64,000 nt of DNA from Octopus vulgaris (GCA_951406725.2 OX597839.1:16058001-16122000), one strand, 5' to 3'. Shown: positions 35,186-49,700, counted from the first letter of the stretch. The notes: generated by a model not told the origin, from the letters alone. Made by a program: numbers and translations.

Positions 35186-36585
35186 TATATATGATGGGCT
35201 TCTTTCAGTTTCCATCTACCAAATCCACTCACAAGGCTTTGGTCGGCCCAAGGCTATAGTAGAAGACACTTGCCCGGACTGAACCCGGAACCAACATTAC
35301 ACAAAATACACTCCTTTACGGTAGAATACTTGTTTCTGTCCTCATTCCCGATCTTTTTCTCTCTGGCTGGGTAACCTTGTACCTCCTCTACAAGACACCC
35401 ATTCCTGTCTCACTCCAACTATTCATCACCTGACACAAGATGACCTCCTCCAACGCCCCCACCCCTCTCAAAGGTTTCTTGTCTTGCAAAGTTACTTGGT
35501 GACCCTGTCAGTGCAGGTGCCACTTAAAAAGCCCCCAGTTCACACTGTAAAGTGGTTGGCATTTGTAAGGGCATCCAGCTGTAAAATCCTTGCCAAAACT
35601 GACCTTGCCTGTGCTTGTGTCATGTCAAAAGCGCTCAGTCCACTCTACTGGGTAATTTGTTTTTGCAGGGTTTTTACAGCTGGATACCCTTGCTAACACC
35701 GACACAGAAGTCTGGTGCAGGCTTATGCCTGGCCGGCTCCTGTCAAACTGTCCAACCCATGCCAGCATGGAAGGCAGATGTTAAACAATGACGATGATAA
35801 CACGCACGTTTGTATATTATACATAGATTCTTCAGTGGATTTCAACCAGGCACATTCCATCAGTAATTACTCAGGGTAGGCAGTTGGTGATGTAATAAAA
35901 AACACAAAAAAATAAGTGAAACACAGGTGCATTACCGAGTTGGAGGCAGATTTACTTCTGCCTTTATAGCACGTAAAGAAAACTTTGTTGTAGGAATGTA
36001 CGCAGCATATGTACTGCAGCAGTACTATGCGTAGCTTTAATACTGAGATTGAAAGAGCAGGGGGGAATTATGCCTACCTAATCTACAAAAAAAAAAAATA
36101 TTTTGCATTTTACACATAGTAATCAGAGTAACCTTCATAATTTTATTGAATTAGGTGCATATTATGCTATAAAAGGAAAATGTTACTATCAATCTATTTT
36201 ATTCAGAGTAGGCACTGCCTACCTTGACTACCCAGGCAGCACGTCCCTGGTTTCAATGTACGAGAGTCCAATAACCAGCTGTTAGACTACTCAACTCTCT
36301 CAAATGATTTGTTCTGAATAGTGAAGGCATAAGTAAGACCAGCCACATCTTTTGAAAATGCTGATAGTAGAAAATTGGTGTAAATATTTGCCACATACCT
36401 CAAGCTTTACTATCAACTTATATTTCACCGCCATAGAAAAAATAATGGATGGGATGGTCAAGGCTGAAGTGCCTTTGATCATGTCACAAGTCCTTTTTAT
36501 TGGTGTTGACATGAGGCACAAAAACTAGAAAGTGTTGACACCACCACCACCACAAGCTTGCAAGAAATATTAAGAAGCTACTTAC

Positions 36586-36666
36586 GATGTTACACGGAAT
36601 CTCTGACACAACTTCTCAGCCAAATTTTCTGTTTGCTTGCCTTTTTGGACAAAAGAGAACAAAAAT
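36586..36666 (-). CDS. NCAPD2: NCAPD2 exon
   Basis: FLFSFVQKGKQTENLAEKLCQRFRVTS; cag|...|gtaag. Confidence 0.95.
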
Positions 36667-36997
36667 CTGAAAAAGAAAAAAAAGATTCAATTAGCAGCAT
36701 TCCAAATATGGTTGAAGTTGACTTAGCTTTTCATTCTTCTGAAGCCAACATAACTATTTCCTCCTGCTACCATATTTGGGGTCCTGGCATTTATGTTAGA
36801 AAACATGTGGGTTGATGTTAGTGCCACCCGATTGGCTCCCCCATGTAAAAAGCACCATCCAAACATGGTTGATGCCAGTACCCATTGATTGGCTCCCGTG
36901 CCAGTGGCACATAAAGAGCAACAGTGATTCATCCATTTATGGTATGACTCACCCCTTTTGCAATTAAAGTGATTAATATATATCTTTTTCAACTTAC

Positions 36998-37092
36998 TTG
37001 AGAATGGTTTGGAAAGAGGCTTTCTCAACTCCTATTTCAGGATCTGAGAGACGGCTAATAATATCAGCGATGATATTATAAATAGCATTTGC
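36998..37092 (-). CDS. NCAPD2: NCAPD2 exon
   Basis: ANAIYNIIADIISRLSDPEIGVEKASFQTILK; cag|...|gtaag. Confidence 0.95.
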
Positions 37093-37758
37093 CTGGTGGG
37101 TAAAGAAAATAAAGTAAAATAAGCAAAAAACCTGGAAAGAACAAGTGGAAGTTATTTTTTGAAGATTAAAAAGAGAAATAAAATGGGAACATTTTATTTA
37201 AAACTAGGCCAATCTAGCCCATGAATCACAAGGCTTTTGTAGCAACAGATGTTTGGGGTTTTTTTTTTAGAATATCTTTCTAGTTCCAGAAGGGGCCATG
37301 CCCAAAGTCCATGCAATCTATATAACTGATGAGGTTTGTAAGGTAGATCACTTTTGTCAACTATAATTTATCATTATCATCATCATCATCGTTTAACATC
37401 TGCTTTGCATGCTGGCTTGGGTTGGCTGGTTTGACTGAGGACTGGTGAGTCAGAGGCTGCACCAGGCTCAATCTGATCTGGCAAAGTTTCTACAGTTGGA
37501 TGCCCTTCCTAATGCCAACCACTCCAAGAGTGTAGTGGGTGATTTTACATGCCACCGGCACGAGGGCCAGTCAGGCAGTTCTAGCATGCTATGACTACTG
37601 TGTGCCCTGGCATGCTACGACTACCATGTAAATTGTACAAAATATGCATATACACACACATATATACGTATATCTAATGATGGAGTCACCACTTATAAAA
37701 ATTTTACATCAAGAGGCATCTCATAAATGATTGAATGAAGAGCAGCTATACATACATA

Positions 37759-38655
37759 TCTTTAAATATAAAAGTGAAGTTGTGTGTCTGTCTCCTACGA
37801 TTTAGATTCCTAACTACTCCCACATTTTGCGGTGCAGTTTAACCAAATTCGGATATCTTATAGTCGTGATTCATATCGAGCCCGTCTGAGTATTAGCGCG
37901 CGTCTACGATTTTAAAAATAATTTAACATCATTTTTTATTCCATTTTAATGCATAATTTTTCCTGTGTCGATGGCGGCAGAGTTGCCGTCCATGGTCACA
38001 CCTGCACCTGTTTGCTTCTCCCCCTTCTTCCCTCCCTCGTGAAGCTGTGGGGAAAGGAGTGTAAGGAAATCAACGTCGTAAAGCGTTGTCAAGGAGACCA
38101 GCGTTCTTTTAGAACAACGACTTCATGGCTTGAAGACACCAAAACAGAAATGGCTAAGAAAGCCCGAATTGGCATCTATAAGGGAAGTAACTCTTTAAAA
38201 ATGCTTATATAGTTATTTCCCTTACAAACCCGAGCAACGCTGGGCAATACTGCTAGTCTTTATATATAAAAGTGAAGCTGTGTGTCTGTCTCCTCCTACG
38301 ATCTAGATTCCTAACTACTCCTACATTTTGCGGTGCAGTGTAACCAAAAGCGGGTATCTTATAGTCGTGATTCATATCAAGCCCTTCTGGGTATTAGCGC
38401 GCGTCTACGATGAGTCTACAATTTAAAAAAAAGTTTACCATCTTTTTTTCCCATTTTTAATGCATTTTTTTGCTATTATATAAGGGAAGTAACTCTCTAA
38501 AAATGAATTATTAAATTTCAGAACGTAAAAAGCTACAGTAACACCCCCCCTTTGTGGTTAGCCATGTTGAGATGACTATTATACTTTACATCTCTAAAAA
38601 TGCTTATATAGTTATTTCCCTTACAAACCCGAGCAACGCCGGGCGATACTGCTAG
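37759..38655 (+). mobile_element. Non-autonomous Helitron, two head-to-tail units
   Basis: Each unit ends cccgagcaacgc(c/t)gggc.atactgCTAG; junction CTAG|TC at ~38257. Confidence 0.8.
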
Positions 38656-39061
38656 TTGAATATAAATATAGAAGCAACAAAGAATATGTAAATAAGACAT
38701 TTAACAGTATATCTGAAAGTAAATACAGCTAGAATATATATACGTATCTACTATCTATATATCATCATCATCATCATTTAATATCCATTTTCCATGGTGT
38801 CATGGGTTAGACAGTTTGATTGAAGATAAGCTGGAGAGCTGCACCAGGCTCCAGTCATCCGTTTTGGCTTTGTTTCTGTTGCTGGATGCCCTTCCTAACA
38901 GCAACAACTCTATAGAGTGTACCAGGTGTCTTATGTGTCACCGGCACAGGTGCTTTTTACCTGTCATCAGCACTGGCTATGACCACAATTTCCCTTAGCT
39001 TGACATGTCTTCTCATGCACAGCAACACAGACACACATAAAAAGCAATTCTTCTTGCTAAC

Positions 39062-39239
39062 CTTTCCGGAAAGTTCTACAAAAAATACTTTTGCCAATCC
39101 TTTTATTTTTTCATCTTCATCAATGATGCAAACAGCCATTTCACTAATCTGTCCCTTGATTTTCACCATGTCATTCAAAATAAGATGAGAGAGAACAGAG
39201 ACTGTGTTTCTACGGACCAATGGGGAAGGATCACGTAAT
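39062..39239 (-). CDS. NCAPD2: NCAPD2 exon (Cnd1 HEAT domain)
   Basis: LRDPSPLVRRNTVSVLSHLILNDMVKIKGQISEMAVCIIDEDEKIKGLAKVFFVELSGK. Confidence 0.97.
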
Positions 39240-39739
39240 CTGTGAAAAGAGATAAAAAAAAACAAAGAAAAGAAACAAGTTTTACTGAGGGGGATATTTA
39301 TTTAGGGAATCACTGCTGTTGTTGATTACATCAGGTCAGACCTGATTTACAAGAACTATTCTTTTACTCTTTTACTCGCTTTAGTCATTTGGCTGCGGCC
39401 ATGCTGGAGCACAGCCTTAAGTCGAAGAAATCGACCCCAGGACTTATTCTTTGTAAGCCTAGTACTTATTCTATCGGACAATATTGCCGAAGTGCTAAGT
39501 TACGGGGACGTAAACACACCAGCATCGGTTGTCAAGCGATGTTGGGGGGACAAACACAAACACACACACAACGGGCTTCTTTCAGTTTCCGTCTACCAAA
39601 TCCACTCACAAGGCTTTGGTCGGCCCGAAGCTATAGTACAAGACACTTGCCCAAGGTGCTACACAGTGGGAATGAACCCAGAACCATGTGGTTCGTAAGC
39701 AAGCTACTTACCACACAGCCACTCCTGTGCCTATACATA

Positions 39740-40112
39740 TCTTTATATATATAAAAGTAAGGTTGTGTGTCTGTCTACTCTGATTTAGATTCCTAACTAC
39801 TCCCACATTTTGTGGTGCAGTTTAACCAAAACCGTATAGTCGTGATTCATATCGAGCCCTTCTGGGTATTAGCGCGCGTCTACGATGAGTCTACGATTTA
39901 AAAAATAATTTACCATCATTTTTTCCATTTTAATGCATATTTTTTTAAAGGGAAGTAACTCTCTAAAAATGTCTACGATGAGTCAACGATTTAAAAAAAA
40001 TTTACCATCATATTTTTTCCATTTTTAATGCATTTTTTTGCTATTTCTTGGCTATAACTCTCTAAAAATGCTTTATAGTTATTTCCCTTACAAACCCGAG
40101 CGATACTGCTAG
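39740..40112 (+). mobile_element. Non-autonomous Helitron (same family)
   Basis: A|TC...CTAG|T ends; shares sequence with 37759-38655. Confidence 0.75.
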
Positions 40113-41020
40113 TATATATATATACGTCAGGCTTCTTTCAGTTTCTGTCTACCAAATTCACTCACAAGGCTTTGGTCAGCCTGTGGCTATAGTAGAAGAT
40201 ACTTTCCCAAGGTGCCACACAGTGGGAATGAACCCAGAACCATGTGGTTGGTAAGCAAGCTACTTACCACACAGCCACTCCTGCGCCTATGATCGAAAGT
40301 GTTCCAAGATCATCCTGTTTTCTTACTTTTACTTCATCCTTTATTAATGTCTCAAGACTGTAAATGCCAGATGCTTATATTTCTTAAGACAGTAGGGTGT
40401 GATTTGATGTAGGTTTAGTAGCTACTTCTAGTGTTTGTCTTTTTATAAGCCCTATGTCAGTCTTGGGTGAGGAGACCGACAATCGAAGGCAATGCAGCTA
40501 ACACCATACCATCTTATTTTTTGTTAAATATAAGTTATCTTGGATTACCTTGTTACCAAAGTAACACAGGAAGACAAAATTCTTGGTGTCTCTGCTTGTA
40601 TCAGAATCTATTAGGATGATTATATATGTGTCTATTTAGGGATAAACCGCTAGGTGGATAACCATACACTAGAAGAAGATCACATACGATCTAACTACAA
40701 AGAAAAATGTTCTCCAGAGAAAATTCAGCAAACACCAGAACATAAGCGGGCAAGACAGATGAAAGTTATATAAAAATCAAGAATAGAAAACCGTCATGCT
40801 TTTTGAGAGGATATCTATGAGGACTTTGATGTGTCCTTTCCTTTCTTGAGATGATAGGGTGTGATGAGGAAGGTTTGGCTGTTTCTTCTAGCAGATTGAA
40901 TAACCACACAGGGGTTACATGTTGGCTCTTACAATATAGTGTCAGCACAGTAATGTCAGAAGTCACTCATTAACTAGTTTTTAATTAGCAACACTGAAGA
41001 GTATCAGAAGAGATGTTTAC

Positions 41021-41176
41021 CTGGCATACATATGGGCAGTCCAGGGCTCAATAAGATTAGGAAACAAAGAAGCAAGATCTCCCAAGGCAATGATGGTGTT
41101 GGCACGGATGCTTGGCAGTGAGGACTTCTCCAAGATTGTAAACAGCAACTGAAGATTGTTCTCACAGAATTCAGAG
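41021..41176 (-). CDS. NCAPD2: NCAPD2 exon (Cnd1 HEAT domain)
   Basis: SEFCENNLQLLFTILEKSSLPSIRANTIIALGDLASLFPNLIEPWTAHMYAR. Confidence 0.96.
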
Positions 41177-42358
41177 CTGTAAAATATAAAAAAAACAAAA
41201 ATTTAAATATTAAAATCAGTAATATTTTTTTTTTATCACATGAAAAAAAAAAAACCCCACAAAACAAACAAAATCATCATCATTTAATGTCCATTTTCCA
41301 TGTTGGCATGGGTTGGATGGTTTGACAGTAACTGGCAAGGCCAGGGGCCACAGCAGGTGCCATAGTCTGTTTTGGTTTGGCTTTTACAGCTGGATGCCTT
41401 TCCTGACGCCAACCACTTTACAGAGTCTACTGGGTACTTTTTATGTGGCACCAGCACTATAGATTTTAATTTAACCCTTTAGCATTTAAACCAGCCATAT
41501 CCAGTCCACATGTTCTACCTGTTTTATGTTCAAACTGGCCCCTCACACATACCCTACAATGTTATTCTAAAAATAATCATACCACTGAAATTTCATAGAA
41601 ATCTCAAAGCTATGAGATAATACATGATTAATTCAAAATAATGCAAAAATATAAGCTTTACATTACACAGAGTAATCTGGATACTAAAGAGTTAAACTAA
41701 TTTTTAAATACTTTTATATGAATTACACATGACTTAGTTGCTTGCATAGACTACCTTCAGGATTGTTTTTCCTAGTAACCCTTCAGTATTGAAAACCAGC
41801 CATATCTGGCCCAAATAGTCTACATGTTTTACATTCAAAGTGGCCAGATTAAGCCTCTCACACTTACCCTACAATGTCATTCTAAAAATAAACAATCAAA
41901 TCTGGCGGCATGTAAAAAGCACCATTCGAACGTGGCCAATGCCAGCGCTGCCTTGACTGGCTTCTGTGCCGGTGGCACATGACCTGCTGTGCTTGAGGAG
42001 ACCTATTGAGTCAAGTACATCAACATTGAAATAAATATTAAATGGAAATAGTAGTTGTGATACCTGTGCCGGTAGCACGTAAAAAGCACCAACTGATCGT
42101 CGCTGGTGGCACGTAAAAGGCACCCACTACACTCACGGAGTGGTTGGCGTTAGGAAGGGCATCCAGCTGTAGAAACACTGCCAGATCAGACTGGAGCCTG
42201 GTGCAGCCTCCTGTCAAACTGTCCAACCCGTGCTAGCACGGAAAATGGACGTTAAACGATGATGATGATAATGATGAAATCATTGAAATCTCAAAGCTAC
42301 AAGATAATGCATGATTAACTCAAAACAAGATGAATCAATGAAGCCCATTGTTACTCAC

Positions 42359-42482
42359 CTGATGAGCATCAGTTTGGAGAGAGTAAGACTTGCTGCAGTG
42401 CGGAGTTCAGGATTACTGAATTTTGATTGATTCCGGCAAAGATTCACAATTAAAGGTGCAACAATGGCTAACAGAGTTTCAC
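42359..42482 (-). CDS. NCAPD2: NCAPD2 exon
   Basis: LLAIVAPLIVNLCRNQSKFSNPELRTAASLTLSKLMLIS; cag|...|gtgag. Confidence 0.95.
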
Positions 42483-42639
42483 CTGAAACAGATGACATTC
42501 ATTTAACGCAGGATTACTGACAATGCTGGCAAACAATATCAAACTAAGTAGCACTGCTTGTACCAGCACACTGACCCAACAACCCACAGGGACCCTGAAA
42601 CTTTAAAACATTTCAACCATTTAAAAACCTGATGTTATT

Positions 42640-43125
42640 TAATCAGGTATTACACTTATTCGTCATTGAGAATTCATGGAAGAAGTTTCGTGGGAATATG
42701 GGGATTTCACAAGCGGTCCCCAACAATCCCGCATGTAGAGACATTCTGTTTGCCGCAGATTGTCCGCAGACGCAGGGACAGAACGACCAAGGAGCCGCTG
42801 ATTGCCGAAACAGACACGCCAAGGATTTTCACCAGCGCACCGTCTACCAGGTTGTGGCCTTAATACCACTCTGTGTTAGATCAATCCGCCTTGGGTGGCC
42901 CTACCAGGAACCGAAGTTCCCGACGGCATAGCTCTGACACTACCCATTGCCAGCATCCCCACCATGGTGAGGAGGAGATGGACTTTGGTGACTGGCTCGC
43001 TATCTCCAGTAAACTGGCGCAGGACCGTCGTGCGTGGGCTGCCATGGTTTGAGATGCCTCGAGGGTGGTAGAAGAAGCCGATTCAACCTGCCCAGGGTGA
43101 ATGTCGCCACAAGTACAAGTAAGTA
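42640..43125 (+). mobile_element. RTE-like LINE 3' fragment
   Basis: Degenerate ORF tail ..LAQDRRAW..; ends in (CAAGTA)n. Confidence 0.65.
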
Positions 43126-43612
43126 TTACACTTAATTCCACATGCCTTAACACACTGTGTTGCCATGAAAAGAAACTAGATCGACTGTGATAAAAGTGTC
43201 TAGTCCAAGAAAAGATTTATGTTGGTCAGCCATTTAAATCCATTAAACCAGAACATAGAATTAATGTTTAAAAGCCTTTCAGCATCTATTAAATTATTAC
43301 TTTGGCAAAACCCATTTTTCTAACCCTCTGAGTTTAGTCTCAAAAAATAAGGCTTGCTTTTCGGTGTCAAAATTAAGTACCCAAAATATATCAAAAGTTT
43401 ATATAAACAGATATGAAAATAAGCTGCAGGTTTTGAGGGGGAAAATAAAAAATGATTTGAAAATATTTCTGGTGAAATTTCATTGAATGGTTTATAAGGC
43501 GAGGGTGGGGGGAAGAGAAATAAAAGTCAACACTGAAAAGAAGAGAATAAGGAACAAATGCATGCTTTGTAATTAAGTTCAAGTTACAGTTTTGAGGAGA
43601 ATTGATACTTAC

Positions 43613-43736
43613 CTGAGAGAATTTCTGTTTCACAGACTTTTCTAATGCATTCATATTCATCATCTTCTGCTGAAGCTCCTGTCAGACCCAATTCTTCCTC
43701 AATTAAAGTGCTACTGGCAGTGGTTGATGTAACATC
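43613..43736 (-). CDS. NCAPD2: NCAPD2 exon
   Basis: IEEELGLTGASAEDDEYECIRKVCETEIL, a conserved CAP-D2 motif; cag|...|gtaag. Confidence 0.95.
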
Positions 43737-44029
43737 CTGGAGTAAAAGACAAAGTAACATCAGTGTCTTTAACCGGGAATTGTCGGAGTCAAAATGATGA
43801 TCAAGACTCAATCATCTATCATAAATCAGTGAACAATGTCCATAATAACTTGCATAAAATCCTTTCTACTCTAGGTACAAGGCCTGAAATTTGGGGGAAG
43901 GGAGCTAGTCAATCTCACTGACCCCAGCACTGACTGGTACTGATTTTGTCGACCCCGAAAGGATGAGAGGCAGAGTTGACCTCGGCAAAATTTGAACTCA
44001 GATTGGAAAGACAGGCAAAATTCCGTTAA

Positions 44030-44466
44030 CCCTTTCGTTACCAAACCGCCCAAAGCTGCCCGAAAAAATTTTTGGTTCATGTGACCAAGCCGCCAAAAAC
44101 TGCCCGTAATTACCTATTCATATTTAAATGAGAATATCAGAGCAAATCTCGTTAGTACATTCGTGAAAACATGTGATTATACTTCGTAAACAGTTCATCT
44201 ACAGTTTTGTACAACGATCGACGTGTAATTTTAATTCCCTGAATTTTGGGAGATTTTTTTTCGGCATCGATTTTTCTTCAACTTTGAAAATGGATAGGAG
44301 TTTCATGTTATCAAGCATTGATTCTCCGAATTTAAAGCTTTTTCAACGGAAAATAGGGAGATATCGAGAAAAAGAATGAAAGAGGTACAAAAGCACGTGG
44401 TGTACAAAATAATGAATAGGATATTCATGAGGGTGTATTTTGGTCAGAAATATAGTGACGAAAGGA
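44030..44466 (+). mobile_element. piggyBac MITE (same family as 47513)
   Basis: TTAA TSDs, same TIR and subterminal sequence. Confidence 0.85.
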
Positions 44467-44544
44467 TTAAGCATTTAATCTGACATGCTGACAATTCTGT
44501 CAACTCAATACCAAATAACTTGCATGTAATAGCAGCAGCAGCAG

Positions 44545-44582
<38 letters not shown>

Positions 44583-44855
44583 AGTAAGAGAGAGACAAGG
44601 GGAAGAGTGGTATACCACTCCCTCATATCAATCAATCTTTCACATTCTCTTTTCTTGAGCCCTCCTGATTTTACTCAATGGGGGGCTCAGACCTAGAATT
44701 CTTTTCTTTATTCTGGGATGAACCTGGGATCATGGGCAAATTTTGGAAAACATTTGTTGAGAAATAATGATATTGTTTTAAGACAGACAAACAAAACATC
44801 GCTGCAAATGTATTTATATACATGTACACATGTGTATAAGTATACTTATACATAC

Positions 44856-45037
44856 TGGATTCTTTCGGGATTTCTTTTTGAGTTTAGATTTCTCAAGCAA
44901 AGCATTTCTTCGCTTCATCTCAGTAAGAAGGTCTCTGTTCATGTGCTCCAGCTGCCTATGAGCAATACAACCAATGAGAAAGACGAACCGTACCAGCACA
45001 CCAGTCTGACAATTGGAACTGGAATCACTGTCTGACT
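44856..45037 (-). CDS. NCAPD2: NCAPD2 exon
   Basis: VLVRFVFLIGCIAHRQLEHMNRDLLTEMKRR; cag|...|gtatg. Confidence 0.9.
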
Positions 45038-45940
45038 CTGCAAGTAGAAAAGGATCATCATAAGAAAACTGGAAAAGCTGAGACAATTTTTAATATTGGC
45101 TAAAAATTTACTCTCTTACTCTTTTACTTGTTTCAGTCATTTGACTGTGGCCATGCTGGAGCACCGCCTTTAATCAAGCAACTCGACCTCGGGACTTATT
45201 CTTTTGTAAGCCCAGTACTTATTCTATCGGTGTTTTGCCGAACCGCTAAGTAACGGGGACATAAACACACCAGCATCGGTTGTCAAGCAATGCTAGGAGG
45301 ACAAACACACACACGCATATATATATATACACATATATACGACGGGCTTCTTTCAGTTTCCGTCTACCAAATCCACTCACAAGGCTTTGGTCGGCCCGAG
45401 GCTATAGTAGAAAACACTTGCTCAAGGTGCCACGCAGTGGGACTGAACCCGGAACCATGTGGTTGGTAAACAAGCTACTTACCACACAGCCACTCCTGCT
45501 TGCTTTATATCTTTTCTTGATAGACATGACTGTATGGTAAGACATTTGCTTCCCCAACCACATGGTTTCAAGTTCAGTTCCACAACTAGGCCACAACTAG
45601 GCACTTAGGGCAAGTCTCTTCTAGTACGGATAACCAAAGGAATTGGTAGATGGAAACTGAGAGAAGCTTGTTGTGAGTGTGTGTTTTAATGTCTCTTTAC
45701 CTTGACATTACATAATAGTTGCAAATGAGTGTCGCTGTAATACAGTGTCATACATTTCCAATCTTCAATGAAAACATGTCTGGTCAGGGGTGGCTGTGTG
45801 GTAAGTAGCTCGGTTACCAACCACATGGTTCAGGGTTCAGACCCACTGCGTGGCACCTTGGGAAAATGTCTACTATAGCCTCGGGCCGACCAAAGCCTTG
45901 TGAGTGGATTTGGTAGACGGAATCTGAAAGAAGCCCATCG

Positions 45941-46016
<76 letters not shown>

Positions 46017-47320
46017 TCCCCCCCAACATCGCTTGACAACCGATGGTGGTGTGTTTTCGTCCCTGTAACTTAGCAGTTCGTCAAAAGGGCCCCGATAGAA
46101 TAAGTACTAGGCTTCCAAAGAATAAGTCATGGGGTCGATTTGCTCGACTAAAGGCGGTGCTCCAGCATGGCCGTAGTCAAATGACTGAAACAAGTAAGAG
46201 TAAAAGAGTTACTTTGGAACAGGTGAGGGTTGGCAACAGGAAGGGAATCTGACTGCAGAAAACCTGCCTCAGTAAATCTGGTCTAACTTATACAAGCATG
46301 GAAAATTGGACATTGGAATGATGATGAGGAGTTTAATCAGAAGTTAGAAGGCAAATAGCATGACGATCTTCAGAACCTCAGACTGACAAAACAAAAGAGA
46401 GACCTTATCCTCGATGCCTGGTTTAAATGCTTGCAATAGAGTGGACTCTGAATGAAACTGGTAAGAACTGGAACAATTCTGCCGACAGGGTTCTATACAA
46501 TTTCTAACTAGCAAATTTGACTGACGAGGCTTTGGTCAACTCAAGAATATGGTAGAAGACCATATTCAAAAGGCGGCAAGCTGGCAGAAACGTTAGCAGT
46601 ATTTCGTCAGCCGTTATATTCTGAGTTCAAATTCTGCAGAGATCGACTTTGCCTTTCATCCTTTTGGGGTCGATTAAATAAGTACCAGTTATGCACTGGG
46701 GTTGATGTAATCGACTTAATTCCTTTGTCTGTCCTTGTTTGTCCCCTCTATGTTTAGCCCCTTGTGGGCAATGAAGAAATAAGAATATGGTAGAAGACCC
46801 TTGCCCAAGCTGTAGCATGTGGTATGAGATTAATTCTGAAATCACACAAACCAGTGAAGTCAGGGCTCCAACATGGCCAGATTCCAATGACTGAAGCAAA
46901 AAGATACAAGAGATATGTATATTTATATGTCTGTGTCTGTAACTGTGTGTTTTTGCATAGACACTGGATGCCCTTCCAAACATGTAGTGATGTTGGATAG
47001 TCCACCATACATTTTATTAGAATCAGAATATCTTTCGCATAGCACCATCCAATCATGGCCGTTTGCCAGCTTCGTCTGGCACCTGTGCCGGTGACATGTA
47101 AAAACCACCCACTACACTCATGGAGTGGTTGGCGTTAGGAAGGGCATCCAGCTGTAGAAACACTGCCAGATCAGACTAGGCCTGGTGCAGCCTTCTGGCT
47201 TCCCAGACCCCAGTTGAACCGTCCAACCCATGCTAACATGGAAAGCGGGCGTTAAACGATGATGATGATGATGATGACGACACACACACTCGCATATATT
47301 TATGTAGATATTATATTTAC

Positions 47321-47464
47321 CAATTTTCAAAGAGAGAACCTTCTCTGCCACAGCTTTCACTAGTTGCTCACACTTGTGGTCGGGACTCTCAGATAGAGTA
47401 TAAATTGTGCAGACAGCCTTGTCACAGAGAGGAACCCAAAATTCATTTTCCAAATCAAAGAGAC
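47321..47464 (-). CDS. NCAPD2: NCAPD2 exon
   Basis: LFDLENEFWVPLCDKAVCTIYTLSESPDHKCEQLV; cag|...|gtaaa. Confidence 0.92.
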
Positions 47465-47512
47465 CTGAGATGAAAGAAAATTCAATTTTAATACAGAATC
47501 TAGCATATTTAA

Positions 47513-48530
47513 CCCTTTCGTTACCAAACCGCCCGAAAAAAATTTTGGTTAATGTGACCAAACCGCCCAAATTTATCTATTCATATTTAAATGAGAATAT
47601 CAGAGCAAATCTCTTTAGTACATTCGTGAAAATACGTATTATACTTCGTAAAGAGTTCAACTACAGTTTTGTACAAAAATCGAAGTGTAATTTTAATTCC
47701 GTGAATTTTGGGAGATTTTTTTCCGAAATTTGTTCATATTGTGTTTTCAAAATTTGTAATTCTGACAAAAAATGGATACGAATTTCATTATATCAAGCAG
47801 CGAGTCAGAATTCGAAGGATTTTCTACTAAAAGCATGTGGTATTTGATAATGACTCTGATGTTTCATTTTCCGAAAGTGAAAACAGTGAATCCGAGAGCT
47901 CCGACAGCAATAAAGAAAATGAATTGGCACCTGAATGGAGTGAAAATTTAAAAACTGTTTCTTTCGGTGATTTTTCTGAAGAAACTGGACCAAGCCACAG
48001 ACTTTCCCAGGAGAGTAAAGCCTTAGACTATTTCTTTTTACTTTTTCGAATGAGCCTATTTGAAATCATTACGGCGGAAACAAACCGTTACGCTGAAAGA
48101 AAGAAAGGATAGTTTGTGGTTTCCCACAACCTTAAATGAAATTAAGACTATTTTGCCATAAATATTATTATGGGTATCAGAAAGTTACCCAGAATAACAA
48201 ATTCTATCGTAAAATTTTGTTGTATACCCAATTGAATATTAGCTAATAACCCATTTTCTATAGCGATGTTTGAACAAAATTTTAACAATTTTATATTTTG
48301 TTGAATTTACCTGTATCTACCTGCAATTAGGGTCACTTTGTGACAAAAATTATAGTATAGAATTGGTTGAGAACATTTCATTAAATTATCTTCCAAAATT
48401 CACATTAATATATTGATAAATAAAAAAGTTATAGTTGTTTAATGAAACCAGACTAAATTTATGATTATGTTAGAAATTAATTGAAACACATAAGGAGTGT
48501 ATTTTGGTCAGAAATATAGTAACGAAAGGG
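47513..48530 (+). mobile_element. Internally deleted piggyBac element with N-terminal transposase remnant
   Basis: TTAA|CCCTTTCGTTAC...GTAACGAAAGGG|TTAA; ...DYFFLLF..LFEIITAETNRYA...TTLNEIK..FAINIIMGIRKLP. Confidence 0.9.
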
Positions 48531-48891
48531 TTAAGAATGGGCTTTGGCAACAAAAGTGTGGGTGAATATAAAATATAAGTCAAATACTGGGTGTAGGAAG
48601 GCATCGACAAGCCCCTCCCTTTAAGATTACTGGTCTTGTACCTTAATCAGTAGCCATTATAATTATTATTAGGGGCAGAAGATTGGCAGAATCGTTAGGC
48701 TCTTTATGTGCCAAGTTCAAATCTTGTTGAGGTCAACTTTGCAGTCTGATATGCTAATGAATCTTCCAGCTTGCTTTAATAATAATAATAATAATAATAA
48801 TGATAATAATTCAACTGTAGTCATAAAGCCAGAAATTTTGTGGGAGATTACATTGACCCATGTGCTCATCTGGTAATTATTTTATTGGCCG

Positions 48892-48928
<37 letters not shown>

Positions 48929-49322
48929 TCTGGTTGGTCTGTTAATATGGGCGAATAATTGCAACCAAACAACAAGGCTCAGAGTGCCTAGTTCACATCA
49001 GTCCAGAAGTAAAGATCGTTACCAACAATAGACCAACATCCTATTCTGAGAGTAGAGAAAGGCAGATGAGGTTTTTGTCTCTCACTATCTTAACATAACA
49101 GACACTAAAGCAGGTATGAGTATCCTTTTCTGAGAAGTGGGCTGCATGAAACGTGGCATTTTCTGCAAGTTATGTTGCCTTAATAAACATGATAAATCTC
49201 ACCAAAAGACAGCTTCAAACATGACATTACACAACAAAAAATAGACTGGTATATAAACCTGCTTTCCATAGTAAAAGGTAACAAGATTTGGAGTGAATAC
49301 ATCTGATTGCTGCAGTAAAAGG

Positions 49323-49609
49323 CAGGGCTGTGGAGTTGGAGTCATGGAGTCGGAAACAATTAAGGGGTAGCTGGAGTCTGAGTCAGTAAAACTATACCGA
49401 CTCTGATTCCGACTGACAATGTCTTTATTCTTGAATATAAACCAGTTATAACATATAGGCCTATTCAAAGTACAAGCGTATGCATATGCTTTATGAGATA
49501 TGTAGACCACAATCACTTAATTATATAAAGAGGAGTCAGAGTCACATGTGCCAATAGTACAGGAGTCAGAATTAGAGTCGAAGTTTTTTGTTTTGACTCC
49601 ACAGCCCTG
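49323..49609. mobile_element. hAT-type MITE
   Basis: TIR CAGGGCTGTGGAGT/ACTCCACAGCCCTG; perfect 8-bp TSD GTAAAAGG; internal GGAGTC repeats. Confidence 0.88.
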
Positions 49610-49700
49610 GTAAAAGGGCAAAACAGTTGCATCACAGCTTTCTTCCAGAACAAGAATGAGAGACATAAAAGAAAACATGGAGTCAAATGAAGATACTTAC

